Assembly (NCBI RefSeq): GCF_964194025.1
Contig: NC_134479.1
Location: 25,916,001 to 25,980,000, forward strand
Source of the DNA: Convolutriloba macropyga
Lineage: Eukaryota
Direction: 5' to 3'
Length of the DNA stretch: 64,000 nt
The notes beneath the pieces are model-generated. The model made no database searches. It worked only from the letters and a program-made list of their open reading frames with translations, and was not told the origin of the DNA. Positions 52,107 to 64,000 of this stretch are shown here, piece by piece. Made by a program: the position numbers and the translations under genes. Position 1 is the stretch's first letter. Each line of letters begins with the position of its first letter.

Positions 52107-55100
52107 CTAGTTCCTGTCAGTTAACATAAATTGTTCTTCATGTGTTTCTGGAGGTGATTCTTTGTCAAATGGTACTATTGATGGTTGGGACTGTTGAGCA
52201 GGTAAAAACATTCCGTCACCTGATGAAGATGATACCAGAGGAACACGAATTTCTGTTTCTTGCTGTCTAATTTCATCAGAAATTAACGGATGAAACGGTT
52301 TTCTAGCTATTTTTTCTGCATCTAGGTTCAAGTGAGAGAGGTTTTCATCTGAATTGATAATTTCTTCAAATAAGTTGGGAATTGCTTCATCTGAAATTGA
52401 AGAATCAAATACCGGGAGATTTACTGATGCTGTTCGTGGTCTAACTACTGGTGTTACTACCCTTGGTGGGGCCAGTGGTACTGCTGGAGGTGCTGCTGCT
52501 GCTGCTGGTCTTGCTAATGGTCCACATAGGGGAACATTTTTGGTCACTCTGACTGGGTCTTGTTTCACCGTCTTTGATTCTTGTATCTCCTTTTCTTCTT
52601 CGATTATTAATTCCGGAATATGTTTATCAAATAGATCTGGTTCAATATGTTTTCTTCTCGATGGATCAGGGTTGAAAGTTTTCATGGTTAATGACTTCAA
52701 GGTCTTCAGGAGTTTCACTTGGTTTAATTGGTTTCAATCTGATACGATGTACATATTGTGTTTAATTCGTGTTTACTTTTCGAATGATCTAATTAGAGTC
52801 AGTGAGGACTTCTTCCACTTTATATAGCGGTAGCCATTTCTGAACTTGGGGAGTTATTACAGTTGATTGTTCTAGTAGCTTAGGGTTCAAAAGTAAACAG
52901 AGTGATTTCTCCGAAATAGGTTTTGCTGAGGCTTTTTGGTCATAGTACTTTTTTTATTTCAAGTGTGCAGTCGTCAGTTATTCTTTGTTTTCTCCAAACT
53001 TTTGCATCATGGCGTCTTGCAGTTCATTTTAAAATCCTAATTTACTGCTACTGCATCCATTACTTGTCTAGAGAATCTAATGTCAAGGGGTTTTATTGGT
53101 TCTTTGCAATGGAATAAAGATGAAGGCCAACAATTTGTTGCTGAGTGATAAGAAGTATTACGAATGAGCGTTGCTAGAAGAACATATTTATACCAGTTTT
53201 TCCATTGTGCTTCAGTATTGAGCTTCAATATTGTTTCAGTGGTCCATGAGATCGCTCTACTGCTCCAATGTTCTGAGGGTGCTTTAGTGAGGCATGTTTT
53301 AACTTTGCTTCTAGTAAATTTGCTAATTCTGACATTAATTCTGAAGTAAATTTGTTCCTAAGTCACTAAGTATTGTTTGAGGAATGTAACTGTGATGGAA
53401 AAACACTTTTACTAATTCTCGGGCTACTGTGTAAGCATATCCATTCGTTAATGGGACTGCAAATAGATACGTTTTGAAAACATCTAATCCACTCAAAACA
53501 TACTTAAATTGCGAGGACTTTAGGGGGCCTACTAAATCGATTTGGAGCATATCTCCTTGGTATGATTGTAGTGAACTGACTGGTTGCAACTTAGGTGTGA
53601 TGCTGTTTTTTGGAACTCTGTTTAATTGGAGACAAGTGAGGCAATTTTTGATGAAAATAATGAAATGTTCGGTGAAACCTGGGTATTAGAATCGCTTTAT
53701 AATTTCCTGAATTGTTGCTTTGATGCCTAAATGACTTGCTGTTTGTGAATTATGGAGCCAATATATAGTCTTTTTCCACAAATTTCTAGGTACGCAGAAT
53801 TATTTATGAAGTACTTTTCCGGTATTATAATAAAAATTCCTGTATAAACATTCCCTTCAAGAATTAATCTATTTAAATTTTGTGATACTTTTTTAAGTTT
53901 GTTGAAGCATAATTTAAGTCTGGTTGTTGATTATTTTGTTGAATCCAGCTTATTATTGTTCTAATTTGTGCATCTTTTTGCTGTTCTTCTGCTAAGTTGA
54001 GGCTAATTAAGTTGTCTGTAATGTCTGGGAACTCATCTAATGGATTTGGGTACTGAATTGAGTTTATTTCTTGCTTTCTTTTAAGTTTAAATAGCCCATG
54101 AAATTCTGTAATGGGAAAATTAGTTTTTTGTTGAAGCCGAGTTTTTTAAGTACATCAAGTTCGTCACTATTATTTTCATCACTAAAGTTTTCAAAATGAT
54201 GTAATACATTCAGTTCAAAATCAGGATTTTGTGCTTCTGTATCAATTTCTATTTCTCTAACAGGAATTCTATCTGTTAGTTTTAAAGACATTGTTGCTGT
54301 TTTGTCATTCTCCATTCGGGAGAGAAAATCTGCGGCATAATTAGCGCGTCCTGGAATGTGAGCAATTACTATGTTAAAGGCAAGTATTCTGTCTATACAA
54401 TTCCAAAGTGATGGCGGTATTACTTTTGACTGAAAGATTTGTGTACGCCTTTCGTTGTCAGTAAATATAATTACTTGTTTGCTTCATCCCCAAATATAGT
54501 GCGAAAAGTAGTCCAGCGCGTAGTACAAAGCTAAGAACTCTTTGAGAATTAACTCTCTGAATAAATTGAGAACTTTAATTTCGTTGCATTAAACAAATGC
54601 GATCCAAACGATACGGGAGCGTATGTTTTCTTTTCTTTCTTTACTGTTTTGTTTACTTAAGTTGCTCAAAGAGGTGATTTTATCCTGATGATTACATTTT
54701 GGGTCTAATCTTTCCATTTCTTGCAGTTTTAACAGTTGCTCATATATTTCTCTATGCAAGGGCGACAAGTTTGACGGATCTGGGCATGTTTCAGGCGTTA
54801 GAAACCACAATTTTTCATATTTTGAAGCCGGCTTTGCTGGTTGAGCTCTTCTTTTTGGCGTATCTGTGACTTGGATTTGTTGATTTATTTCTGTTAGGTA
54901 ATTTTTAGTCATTTTTTGCAACATTTATTAATTGACGATCTATTTCTAAGAACTGTTTAGCTTGGCCTGATGTTAAAAATGAAAATTTGGCTATTTCTTT
55001 GCCTTTATTTATGGTAACTTGGTGTTCAGTAATGTTCAGGACATAGATGTAAAGGATATTATTTTCAGCAATTTTACTTAAAGAGGACGTTAATATTACT

Positions 55101-55690
55101 TCGCTATCTTTTTCAAAGATTTCATTTGGAGTTATTACGCCGCAAAGTCAGTAAATAATTCTAGTTTGTCGTGAAGCTTGCATTCTATTAGTGCTTGTTG
55201 GTTTGGCTGTAAAACTTGTTTTTTTCTCTGTATAAACTCCAAATTTTTTACGTTTTACTACTCTTCTGGGTTGCTTTTCTGGCTTTAATTCATTTATTTG
55301 CAGAATTTGCTCAGGGAATTTAATGTAGCTTTGTCCTGGGCAGATACTAACTTTATGTTTAATGAAGAATGGGTTGCCTAATATTGCCGGAGTTGTGACA
55401 ATTAATACAAGGAAGTCTTCAGTGAATGTGTGTGTTCCCAATTTAAATGTAACTTTAATTGCTTTATCAATTTTAACTATATTACCGTTTGCCATTTTAA
55501 CTTTATCTAGATCTGGCTTTTCAGTTTCTGTTATTGAGTTGATATTTGTGTTATTAAGCTCCTTGTAAAACTCACGACTTATCACGATGGCAAATGTTCC
55601 TGTATCAATTAGTGCGCGTCTATCTAATTCTCCATTAAAATTAATTTTAACATAGGATAATGTTCTGCCTAAAAGTGGGACAATACTAAA
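52107..55690 (-). pseudogene. pol: pol remnant: aspartic protease, RNase H, integrase, Pro/Ala-rich linker; RT domain deleted
   Basis: RALIDTG (~55,618-55,598); KEFLALYYALDYFSHYIWG..IFTDN..HIPGRANYAADFLSR (54,545-54,320); LHNSQTASHLGIKAT..CLTC; LQIDLVGP..GLDVFKTYLFAVP..ILSDLGTN..ERSHGPLK; no RT motifs between the protease region and RNase H (junction ~54,655). Confidence 0.9.
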
Positions 55691-55699
55691 TAGTTGCTA

Positions 55700-57161
55700 A
55701 ACATGTGGTACTGGCTTTGGTGCAGGTTGGGGCACTTGTGTTGGGAGTTGCACCGGTTTACTGACTTTACTTTTATTATTATTATTTTTGCGTTTTCTAC
55801 GCTTTTTGTTACTTTTACTAAAAACTGGTTCTATTACATTATCTAAACTAGGACTGGACGTGCTTTCGTTATAATAATTAACTGAGTTCTTATGCTTTTT
55901 ATTTTGTTGAGTGGTTTTATTACTTTTTTTGTTGACTAAATGGATAATTCATACCTCTCATATTTCTATTCTGACGTGCACCTGCTCGACAAAATTCTTT
56001 TGCTTTTTGCACACCGTATCGGTCTTGTGCTGGGCTATTCCCTGTCGAAGAAAATTTGCAGGTGTATTTTTTATTCGAAACGATAAACTGGTCTATTAAT
56101 ATAAGCTTGGTGAACAAATGGAGGGCTATCTGAAGGTTCTGTCCAATTTTTCCGAGTTTGTGGCTGTTCATTATGATAAAATGGTCTAGGGGCATTAAAT
56201 TGTGGTCTAAATTCTCGGTAACTATTAACACGACGGGAATACTGCAGATGGGGCCGATAGTGTTGCTGAAATTGACGACAATTGGGCTGATATTGGTAAT
56301 AATTTGGTCGATAATTTTGATATTGGGGGCGGAAATTTTGTCTATAACTTTGTTTGTAGACTTGTTGTGGGTACTGTGTTGTGAAGATGTTTACTGGGCC
56401 TTGTTCTAGTGGTTCATTTTTAAATGTTGTTCTCTTATCAAGTTTTTGTTCAAGTTCTTTTTGGTTATTTGAAATGACTGTTATTGCTTTTAACATTTTA
56501 TCAGTGTTTTCTTTCTGTTATTTCATTAAAACCGTCGTCAAAATACTATTCTCTATTACACATCTCCCTTATTGCAATTTGTTGGCTCGCTAAGGTACAT
56601 AACTGATCAATTGTATCAGTATTTGGCCTTTCTAACAGCTTAGGTTTAAGCCAGTTTGGCATAGACTTAATAAAGAAACGCTTTTTTTGTTCGTTTTTTC
56701 GATTTTCTGATGTTTCAAGGGCAGCATCTCTTGCAGCTCTCTCTCTTTCAAATCTGCGAGCCTATGGGTCACCTGCTCCTGCTGGCGCTACTACTAATTC
56801 GGGTATTGGGTATGATTTATTTGCTTCTGTTCTCAACTTTACTAAGAAGTTTTTTACTGTATCTGTTTTTGGGTAAAATTTTGATTCTCTAACTTTATTA
56901 TTCTGATTTCTCTCAAGAAGTCTTGCGTGAATCTATTTGTTAGAGCTGTCATCTTGTCTTCAACAGCTAGTCTGGTAGCCTCTGGTAAGGTTAAGAAGTA
57001 TCGTAAAGCATCTCCTTTTAAATGAAACTGCAAAAATTCTTTTGTTGCGCGCCTGCGACTGATACGACTCCGATTGCACCTGTTATTAAGTAATCGAACT
57101 CGCTAAAATTATCCGTTTCTGATCCAGAAAAGGGTGTGGTGTTGATTTGCGCGTGTGTCAT
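55700..57161 (-). pseudogene. gag: gag remnant of nested element
   Basis: ATG at 57,161: MTHAQINTTPFSGSETDNFSEF...FLQFHLKGDALRYFLNLPEATR (Gypsy capsid-like); Q/N/Y/P-rich segment 56,071-56,496; decayed Zn knuckle ~56,060. Confidence 0.8.
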
Positions 57162-58388
57162 TTTGCTTTTTACCCAATTCGATTATATACTTAACGTTCA
57201 ATCAGTCTTACTTTGGTTCTCAGTTATTAAATAGCACATTTAACTTAACTTAATGGGGAGGTTGAGTGGCTTTAAGAGATGGAAAAGATTAAATGAATAA
57301 CACAAGAATATCAGGAAAGAAACTACTGAAACCATTCGTTCAGAAAATAATAAAGATGGGCTGCTTATGAACCTATTCCTAAAGCTCCGGTCAACTCGTC
57401 AGACTTATATCGTTGAAGCCGTATGGGCCGCCGAAGTCTCACCTCTAAAAAGTGCCCCTTAGTCTAGGAAAATTCGTGGAAACCACGACCGCACATGCCA
57501 TTTGGAAGCTCCAATATGGTAGGCAACAGCATATTGACCGAAGTCACTGTTTGATTCATTAACCTCCGGAGCTGGGTGTGGAACTAAATATAATTATTTT
57601 TAATTTTCTATGTAAACTTTTGTTTTGCCCTCTTTTAATTAATGTTTATGTTATGGTTTCAGTAATTCAGCTTCTTCTGGTGTTATCTGATAATCAGTAA
57701 TGATGTTGTCAAGGTTAATTTCTTTATCAGATTGAAGTTAGTTACGAATAAGGCCAAATTTGCGAGATTTCTTATTTAAACTTTTTTGCTGTCCAATAAA
57801 TTGCAACACCTTTGTCATCTTTATCTAGCACATAAGTTACGATGGGTATACAAACTGAAGAAGAGAAAGTGGTTACTATCTGAGCTTGCGTTTTGTTACT
57901 GTTTTGCGTGTAGTTAAAATTATTTCGATCAATATGTTCAACAAAATTGGGGAAGCGCGACAATTATTGATAGCGGGCAGAATTTGTTCTTTATAAATTG
58001 ACATAAATAAAGCACCAAAGATTAATTTTACAAATTCATTTACTCACAACATGCTCATTTGTAAATACCCTGTGTTGTTTTTGTCCGTTGTGGCGGCTGT
58101 GGTTGAGTTTGTTCCAGATATTGCCCACTCAAACACTTTTGAATTGTTATTGCATTTAGTCCACAAAGACACAAACACAGTTTTCACCAATTCTTTCCTT
58201 TGTTATCGCTTTTCGCATTATCGTCTTGCTCGGAAAGGGAGAACTGGATGCTGGTTCTTGATGATTGAAGGTTCTTAAGGTAATGAAGAGGAAGAAGACA
58301 AAGAAAATGTCGAAAAAAGGAAGAAACTATCGAAATTATCAAGGAATTATTCGGAATTTTGGTCCGTTAAACTGGGAAACAGTTAATA

Positions 58389-58401
58389 ACTCCTGTCACC
58401 A
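58389..58401 (-). promoter_or_regulatory. Primer binding site, tRNA-Leu-like
   Basis: Minus strand TGGTGACAGGAGT immediately after the LTR; 12/13 match to the complement of the eukaryotic tRNA-Leu(CAG) 3' end (TGGTGTCAGGAGT, from recall). Confidence 0.7.
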
Positions 58402-59241
58402 TGTTAAGCCATGACTTTTAGAAGATGTTTTCATGGTGTTATTGAGACAAATTATAGAAATAACGGGGCAGATTTACTGTCATTTTTCAAGGACTTATTT
58501 TGATGTTTCACAGTGCATTTTTTAGCGGATAAATTTTTAAATAAAGTTAGCTAGAAACAGCCTTTTAATGAGCGGTTCGGATGCGCAATATATTCACTAG
58601 TTGCCTTGGTTTTTAGAGCTTTGTTAGTACTAATTTCAACTCTAATGAAGTCGGCTCAAACTTTGAGTTTTCGAAAGAATTTCCAGTTCAATCTTTTAAT
58701 ACTATGCAAAAAGAACAAAAGTAAAGTTTCAATGATAGAAAGAAGGTTTTCTGAGTTTATTATCAACTGATCTCTGTGTAGGTTCTCCGGTGTTCTGGTC
58801 CCTGTGGGTTCCGTAGGACTGTGCCTCGAGTTGTATTGGTCCTCCGCAAATGTTTACTAATCTACAAGTTTTGTACGTCTCTTGATGTTTGTTAAGTACA
58901 TATACAAGTTCCGTATTAGCACCTGCTTTATCAGAATAATTACAGAACCAAGTACATAATCTCTCGAGAAGTTTTTTACTAATTATCCGAATTTATCTTC
59001 AAGTAACTCAAAAAAGTAAAAAGTGAGGCTTTTAGGTCTTTGATATGTTTATCAGTAAACTGTCAATCTACGGTTATTTTTCATAAACATATACAAATAG
59101 GGGGTTACAGGCTTATATGGGAACACTAGCTATATATGGCCCTGAGATCTATTTGAATTTGAACTAAATTAAAGCACTTATTTATGGATATTTAAAGGAA
59201 TATCATCACGTAACTATGAGGAATGAAATAGGGGCGTGACC
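58402..59241 (-). repeat. 5' LTR of nested minus-strand element (840 bp)
   Basis: TGTTAAG..ACTTTTAGAAGATGTTT ... AATAGGGGCGTGACC; collinear with 39,737-40,352. Confidence 0.92.
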
Positions 59242-59312
59242 TATTGTTACTATTACTATCAACAAGAAAAGTTGCAAATTTCACAAATCTTCCTTTGTCG
59301 CAACAAGGGGTA

Positions 59313-59686
59313 TGTGATACCCGTGGATCTCCTGCATTTCATTTATTTTTTTGGTGCAGTAAAATTTCATATGATGTATTTATTTAGCTCAATTTGTTTG
59401 CCCTTCTTTAACCTTTCACGTTTGATCATTCTATGTCTCGAGTTGTTCTATTGCATCCTTTCCTGGTTTCTCGCTTCGTGATAAGAAATATCTGAGCACA
59501 CATTTCTTAGTTGCTTACAAGCACTTGAATTTATAGAATCATTTTCGTAATTCAATTTCAGTTGTCTTTTCTTGGTAAACTCGCTCGACAAGTCAAGGTA
59601 ACGTAATTAAGCTTGGATTTCGTTCAACAATTCATAAAATCTTAAATTGTTTGTTAACTCGCACTGCAAGTGATCACCGAATTTCA
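59313..59686 (+). repeat. LTR 2 of + strand family (3' LTR of first element, shared as 5' LTR of next unit)
   Basis: PPT-like CAACAAGGGGTA before, TGTGATACCCG start, ATTTCA end, PBS-like TAGTGTACAAC after. Confidence 0.88.
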
Positions 59687-62600
59687 CTAGTGTACAACAA
59701 AGATGCGGAGACAAGCACAGGGAAGATATGCAAAAGTAAAGCAGATTTGTTGACATATCTCAATCTGGGAATCGAGGGTTGGAAAATTTTTTGTTCTCAT
59801 GATATGATATAAAAGATTCGATGAAAACAAAGGAGCTGTGAACCATTCTTGACACTTTTTTGACACAAAAAGACATCAAAGAAAGACCATTTAAAGAGTT
59901 AAAAGATCTCTACGAGAATTGTCCCATAATTGTGACGTAGGAAGATTTCATTAGCCGCGATTTTTTTGGCTGGCATATTTGATAGGGAACTTCGATGCGA
60001 GCGAACTTCTAGAACACTATTGAAACAAAGCGGGCTCTTAAAATAGCAAAAATGAGGTTGGAATACAAAACGCACTGCAGTTATCGGGAACGTCACAATA
60101 TACAAGATTAAAGATATACACCCGAACCACCCAGGTACTTGGGGAATGATCTGTATGGCCACGCTTTGCTGGTGGCCCTAGATGAATCGAGAACTCGTTG
60201 CCAAAGCGACAGAGTACAAACCTTGCACTACAATTGGTAAGAATCTAAAATGTGTAATTCCTGCTAAGCAAATTCGACCTCATATACCATGTGTTGAACC
60301 GAATCAAGAAATGCAAATTGATTTTGTAGAACCTAGTTTTGACGAAAAAGGCAATGAAGTCTATTTCTTAGCTTCTATAGACTATTTCTCTAAATATCCT
60401 ACGGCAAGTATAATTGAAAAAGCTAATGGACCAAAAGTTTTGAAATTTTTGACAATGTCCATCAAAATTCGTGCAATCCTCGCTCTAATCGACTTGACCA
60501 ATCAAAATGTTTAGATGGAAATCAGGTAAAGACCTTTTGTAGTAGAAATGATATTGAAATCACTGAAGTTCCGGTTAATGATCATTGTGCTATTGGTGAA
60601 GTAGAAAGATTATTTCAAACGATTAAGAATGGACTGGCATGTATCAAAGATGAGAAATCGATAGATAACGCATTTCAAGTAAAGCATGCAGTAAGGATTA
60701 TCATTCAACAATTGCGAATTTGCAAACAGAAACCAACAATGATCTCGCCATTCAATGCGCACTTTGGCCGTAATCCTAACACCACTGTTGAGCATAATCT
60801 CCACTTAACCTAAACTGTCTTGTTTCTCATATGAGAGTATTGTAAATCACTATTTAGATGAACACAGAGTCACACCCGAGGCCATTCCCCCCCGACGATA
60901 AATGGCTGCATGGATATCGCAGCGATATTGAAGTGCAACTCGGAAGGACTCGGGCAGCGTGTGAGGCCAATGAACGAGAACAGGCGAGTGCGGATGGCGA
61001 AACACGCTTTATTCGTTCAGGCGCTTGCCGGCCAATTCCGATTACGGAGAGAGCAAAGAAACTCAAACTGGCCCTCAAAATACACGGAAAACGTAGATCT
61101 AAGAAGAATGTGGTGGACCTGTATGAGAATTGCTTGGCTCCCGGTTCAAACACCTTGAAGGTCAGCCCAACAACCTCCACTGTAAATAGCCCAGGAGACC
61201 TATAGTAACGGTACACAATAGCGACATTGCCATATTTGGTACAATTCAGGAGCGACAATCCCCTTTAAGAGTCTATGCGGATCGACGGGGGCGAAGATCA
61301 TGCCAAAACTTGTGGAAGAGCAGATTCAAAGCCACATAAAGCAAATCACCAGAAAACTTAAGGGTGATAAGAAAATGAAGCATCGCAAGCCAGAGCCTGG
61401 CAGTGGGGTTTAGTCTTCTCGTGAAAATATTTTACGCGCGATGCAAGGGCATATCCCTAAAATTCCTGATTTTCTCGCCAACCGCAACCGAAAAATTAAA
61501 ATTCAGACCAATTTGGCACACGAGTTGGCTTTACCCATGCAATCGGCCATGCAATCGACAATGCAGGGCAGCAAACGTACTTCGGACAGAAACCGCGGTA
61601 GCCCATCATACTACGGTTTTGACAACTCATTTTCAGAATCGACCATTGCAGCTTCACCCAAACGTTCACGCCGAGCGGGAGACGTAGAGAAGGTCCAGCC
61701 CACACCTGCATCAGTTGTCGAAACAGTACATAACATTGCCGTTCAACAGCCTGAAGAAATCAACAATTCTCCGATTATCGGAGAAGTTTCGCCACCTGCT
61801 CCGCGAGTGCAACCAATTATTGATGAGGACATCCCGACATTGGTGAGATTGATGACAGTTCTTGAAGCCGAAAACCAAGAGATTTCTGAATTGTTAATTT
61901 CGCAACCAAAACTGCGTAAACTGTAAAATTTTAGTTTAATACTATTCCATTTTTAGCTATGATAACCAGCACATATATTGTTATTATTTATATAACCGGG
62001 GACCAAGTATAAGTTTGTAAATATTGTTACTATTACTATCAACAAGAAAAATTGCTAATTTCACAATTCTTCTTTTGTGGCAACAAGGGGTATGTGATAC
62101 CCGTGGATGTTCTGCATTTCATTTATTTTTTTGGTGCAGTAAAATTTCATATGATGTATTTATTTAGCTCAAATTGTTTGCTCTTCATTAACCTTTCACG
62201 TTTGATCATTCTTTGTCTCGAGTTGTTCTATTGCATCCTTTCTTGGTTTCCCGCTTCGTGATCAGACATATCTGAGCACACAGTTCTTAGTTGCTTACAA
62301 GCACTTGAGTTTATGGATTCATTTTCGTAATTCAATTTCAGTTGTCTCTTTCTATTGGTAAACTCGCTCAACAAGTAAACGTAACGTAATTAAGCTAAAC
62401 CTAAACTGTCTTGTTTCTCATATGAGAATATTGTAAATCACTATTTAGATGAACACACAGTCACACCCGAGGCCAATCCCCCAGACGATAAATGGCTGCA
62501 TGGATATCGCAGCGATATTGAAGTGCAACTCGGAAGGACTCGGGCAGCGTTTGAGGCCAATGAACGAGAACAGCCGAGCGCGGATGGCGAATCACGCTTT

Positions 62601-63790
62601 ATTCGTTCAGGCGCTTTCCGGCCAATTCCGATTACGGAGAGAGCAAAGAAACTCAAACTGGCCCGCAAAATACACGGAAAACGTAGAAGGAGATGTTTCG
62701 CCACCTGCTCCGCGAGTGCAACCAATTATTGATGAGGACATCCCGACATTGGTGAGATTGATGACAGTTCTTGAAGCCGAAAATCAAGACATTTCTGAAT
62801 TGTTAATTTCGCAACCAAAACTGCGTAAACTGTAAAATTTTAGTTTAATACTATTCCATTTTTAGCTATGATAACCAGCACATATATTGTTATTATTTAT
62901 TTAACCGGGGACCAAGTATAAGTTTGTAAATATTGTTAATATTACTATCAACAAGAAAAATTGCTAATTTCACAATTCTTCTTTTGTCGCAACAAGGGGT
63001 ATGTGATACCCGTGGATGTTCTGCATTTCATGTATTTTTTTGGTGCAGTAAAATTTCATATGATGTATTTATTTAGCTCAAATTGTTTGCTCTTCATTAA
63101 CCTTTCACGTTTGATCATTCTTTGTCTCGAGTTGTTCTATTGCATCCTTTCTTGGTTTCTCGCTTCGTGATCAGACATATCTGAGCACACAGTTCTTAGT
63201 TGCTTACAAGCACTTGAGTTTATGGATTCATTTTCGTAATTCAATTTCAGTTGTCTCTTTCTATTGGTAAACTCGCTCGACAAGTAAACGTAACGTAATT
63301 AAGCTTGGATTTCGTTCCACAATTCTTAAATTCTAAAATTGTTTGTTAACTCGCACTGCAAGTGATCACCGAATTTCAATAGCGTACGACAAATATGTGG
63401 AGACAAGCACATGGAAGAAGTGCAATAGTAAAGCAGATTTGCTGACATATCTCAATCTGGGAATCGAGGGTTGGAAAATTTTTTGTTCTCAAGATATGAT
63501 GTACAAGATAGATAAAAACAAAGGAGCTTTGAACCATTCTTGACACTTTTTTGACACAAAAAGACATCAAAGAACGACCCTTTAAAGAATTAAATGATCT
63601 CTACGAGAATTGTCCCACAATTGTGGCGAAGGAAGATTTCTTTGGCCGCGATATTTTTTGGCTGGCATATTTGATAGGGAGCTTCGATGCGAAGGTCTAG
63701 AAAACTATTGAAACAAAGCGGGCTCTTGAAATAGCAAAAATGAGACTGGAATACGAAACGCACTGCTGTTTTCGGGAACGTCACAAAATA
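59687..63790 (+). mobile_element. Tandem array of internally deleted derivatives of the + strand Gypsy family
   Basis: gag fragment 59,700-60,110 fused to integrase-3'UTR 60,128-62,090 (homologous to 37,830-39,730); truncated LTR 62,093-62,396; 909-bp mini-unit; LTR 63,002-63,378; second gag fragment 63,379-63,790. Confidence 0.88.
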
Positions 63791-64000
63791 CACCGATTAA
63801 TTGACTAACGTAGAATAGAAAAAAAAACTTTAGCTCATTCGAAAGGTTACCTCTCTCCCAAATTTCATCATAATAGAGATCACAAGAAACAAAGACCATT
63901 GTTCTAATTGTGATAACAACCGTCACTAACATAAATGTCTAGCATATGGTAAACACTGCAAAATGAAAAAAGGCAACCAAAAAAGGGAAGAAGTTAACTA

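Larger units (their letters stand above)
48381..53561. repeat. Recent ~2.59-kb direct tandem duplication within the nested element
   Basis: Copy 1 48,381-50,971, copy 2 50,972-53,561; ORFs 49,517/52,107, 49,173/51,763 and 50,447/53,037 are near-identical at offset 2,590; short AT microhomology at the junction. Confidence 0.97.
39737..59241 (-). mobile_element. Giant env- and macrodomain-encoding Ty3/Gypsy LTR element (endogenous retrovirus-like), degenerate
   Basis: LTR pair 39,737-40,352 and 58,402-59,241; TSD CATTG (39,732-36)/TATTG (59,242-46); PBS next to right LTR; gag, protease, RNase H, integrase, macrodomain and env all on the minus strand. Confidence 0.9.
33352..59686 (+). mobile_element. 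Ty3/Gypsy LTR retrotransposon (Mag-like), degenerate; 3' UTR interrupted by a nested 19.5-kb element
   Basis: 5' LTR 33,352-33,732 and 3' LTR 59,313-59,686 (TG...CA); gag-pol remnants 33,733-39,636; 3' UTR resumes at 59,242 with PPT-like AACAAGGGGTA before the LTR. Confidence 0.9.

Noticed and set aside
49764-52827. + strand 157-aa ORFs (49,764 and 52,354)
   Set aside because: Antisense shadows of the Pro/Ala-rich pol linker
59236-63170. Repeated hydrophobic ORFs (VIPVD.LHF...; also at 33,338)
   Set aside because: T-rich LTR sequence read in frame, not membrane proteins

Overview
Eukaryotic, AT-rich, repeat-dominated window (probably an invertebrate heterochromatin edge) with no intact host gene. 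(1) 1-14,390: about 54 copies of a ~265-bp satellite with shifting higher-order structure. (2) 15.2-18.7 kb: decayed Bel/Pao LTR retrotransposon. (3) 18.7-32.4 kb: old degenerate repeats plus two possible host-gene remnants (HYR-like; signal-peptide exon). (4) A 200-N scaffold gap. (5) 33.3-63.8 kb: a nested LTR-retrotransposon cluster. A + strand Mag-like Ty3/Gypsy element was interrupted in its 3' UTR by a 19.5-kb minus-strand LTR element (39,737-59,241; paired LTRs, tRNA-Leu-like PBS, 5-bp TSD confirmed by empty sites in the same window). The most notable object is this giant element. It carries a possible extra ORF before gag, then gag-protease-(RT deleted)-RNaseH-integrase, a TARG1/Poa1p-type macrodomain, ~5.8 kb of extra cargo (an antisense, apparently spliced ORF and ~1.07-kb-spaced conserved modules), and a class I fusion (env/F-like) gene, so it resembles a complex endogenous retrovirus. 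All copies are degenerate. Protein identifications come from manual translation and motif recognition, not database searches.
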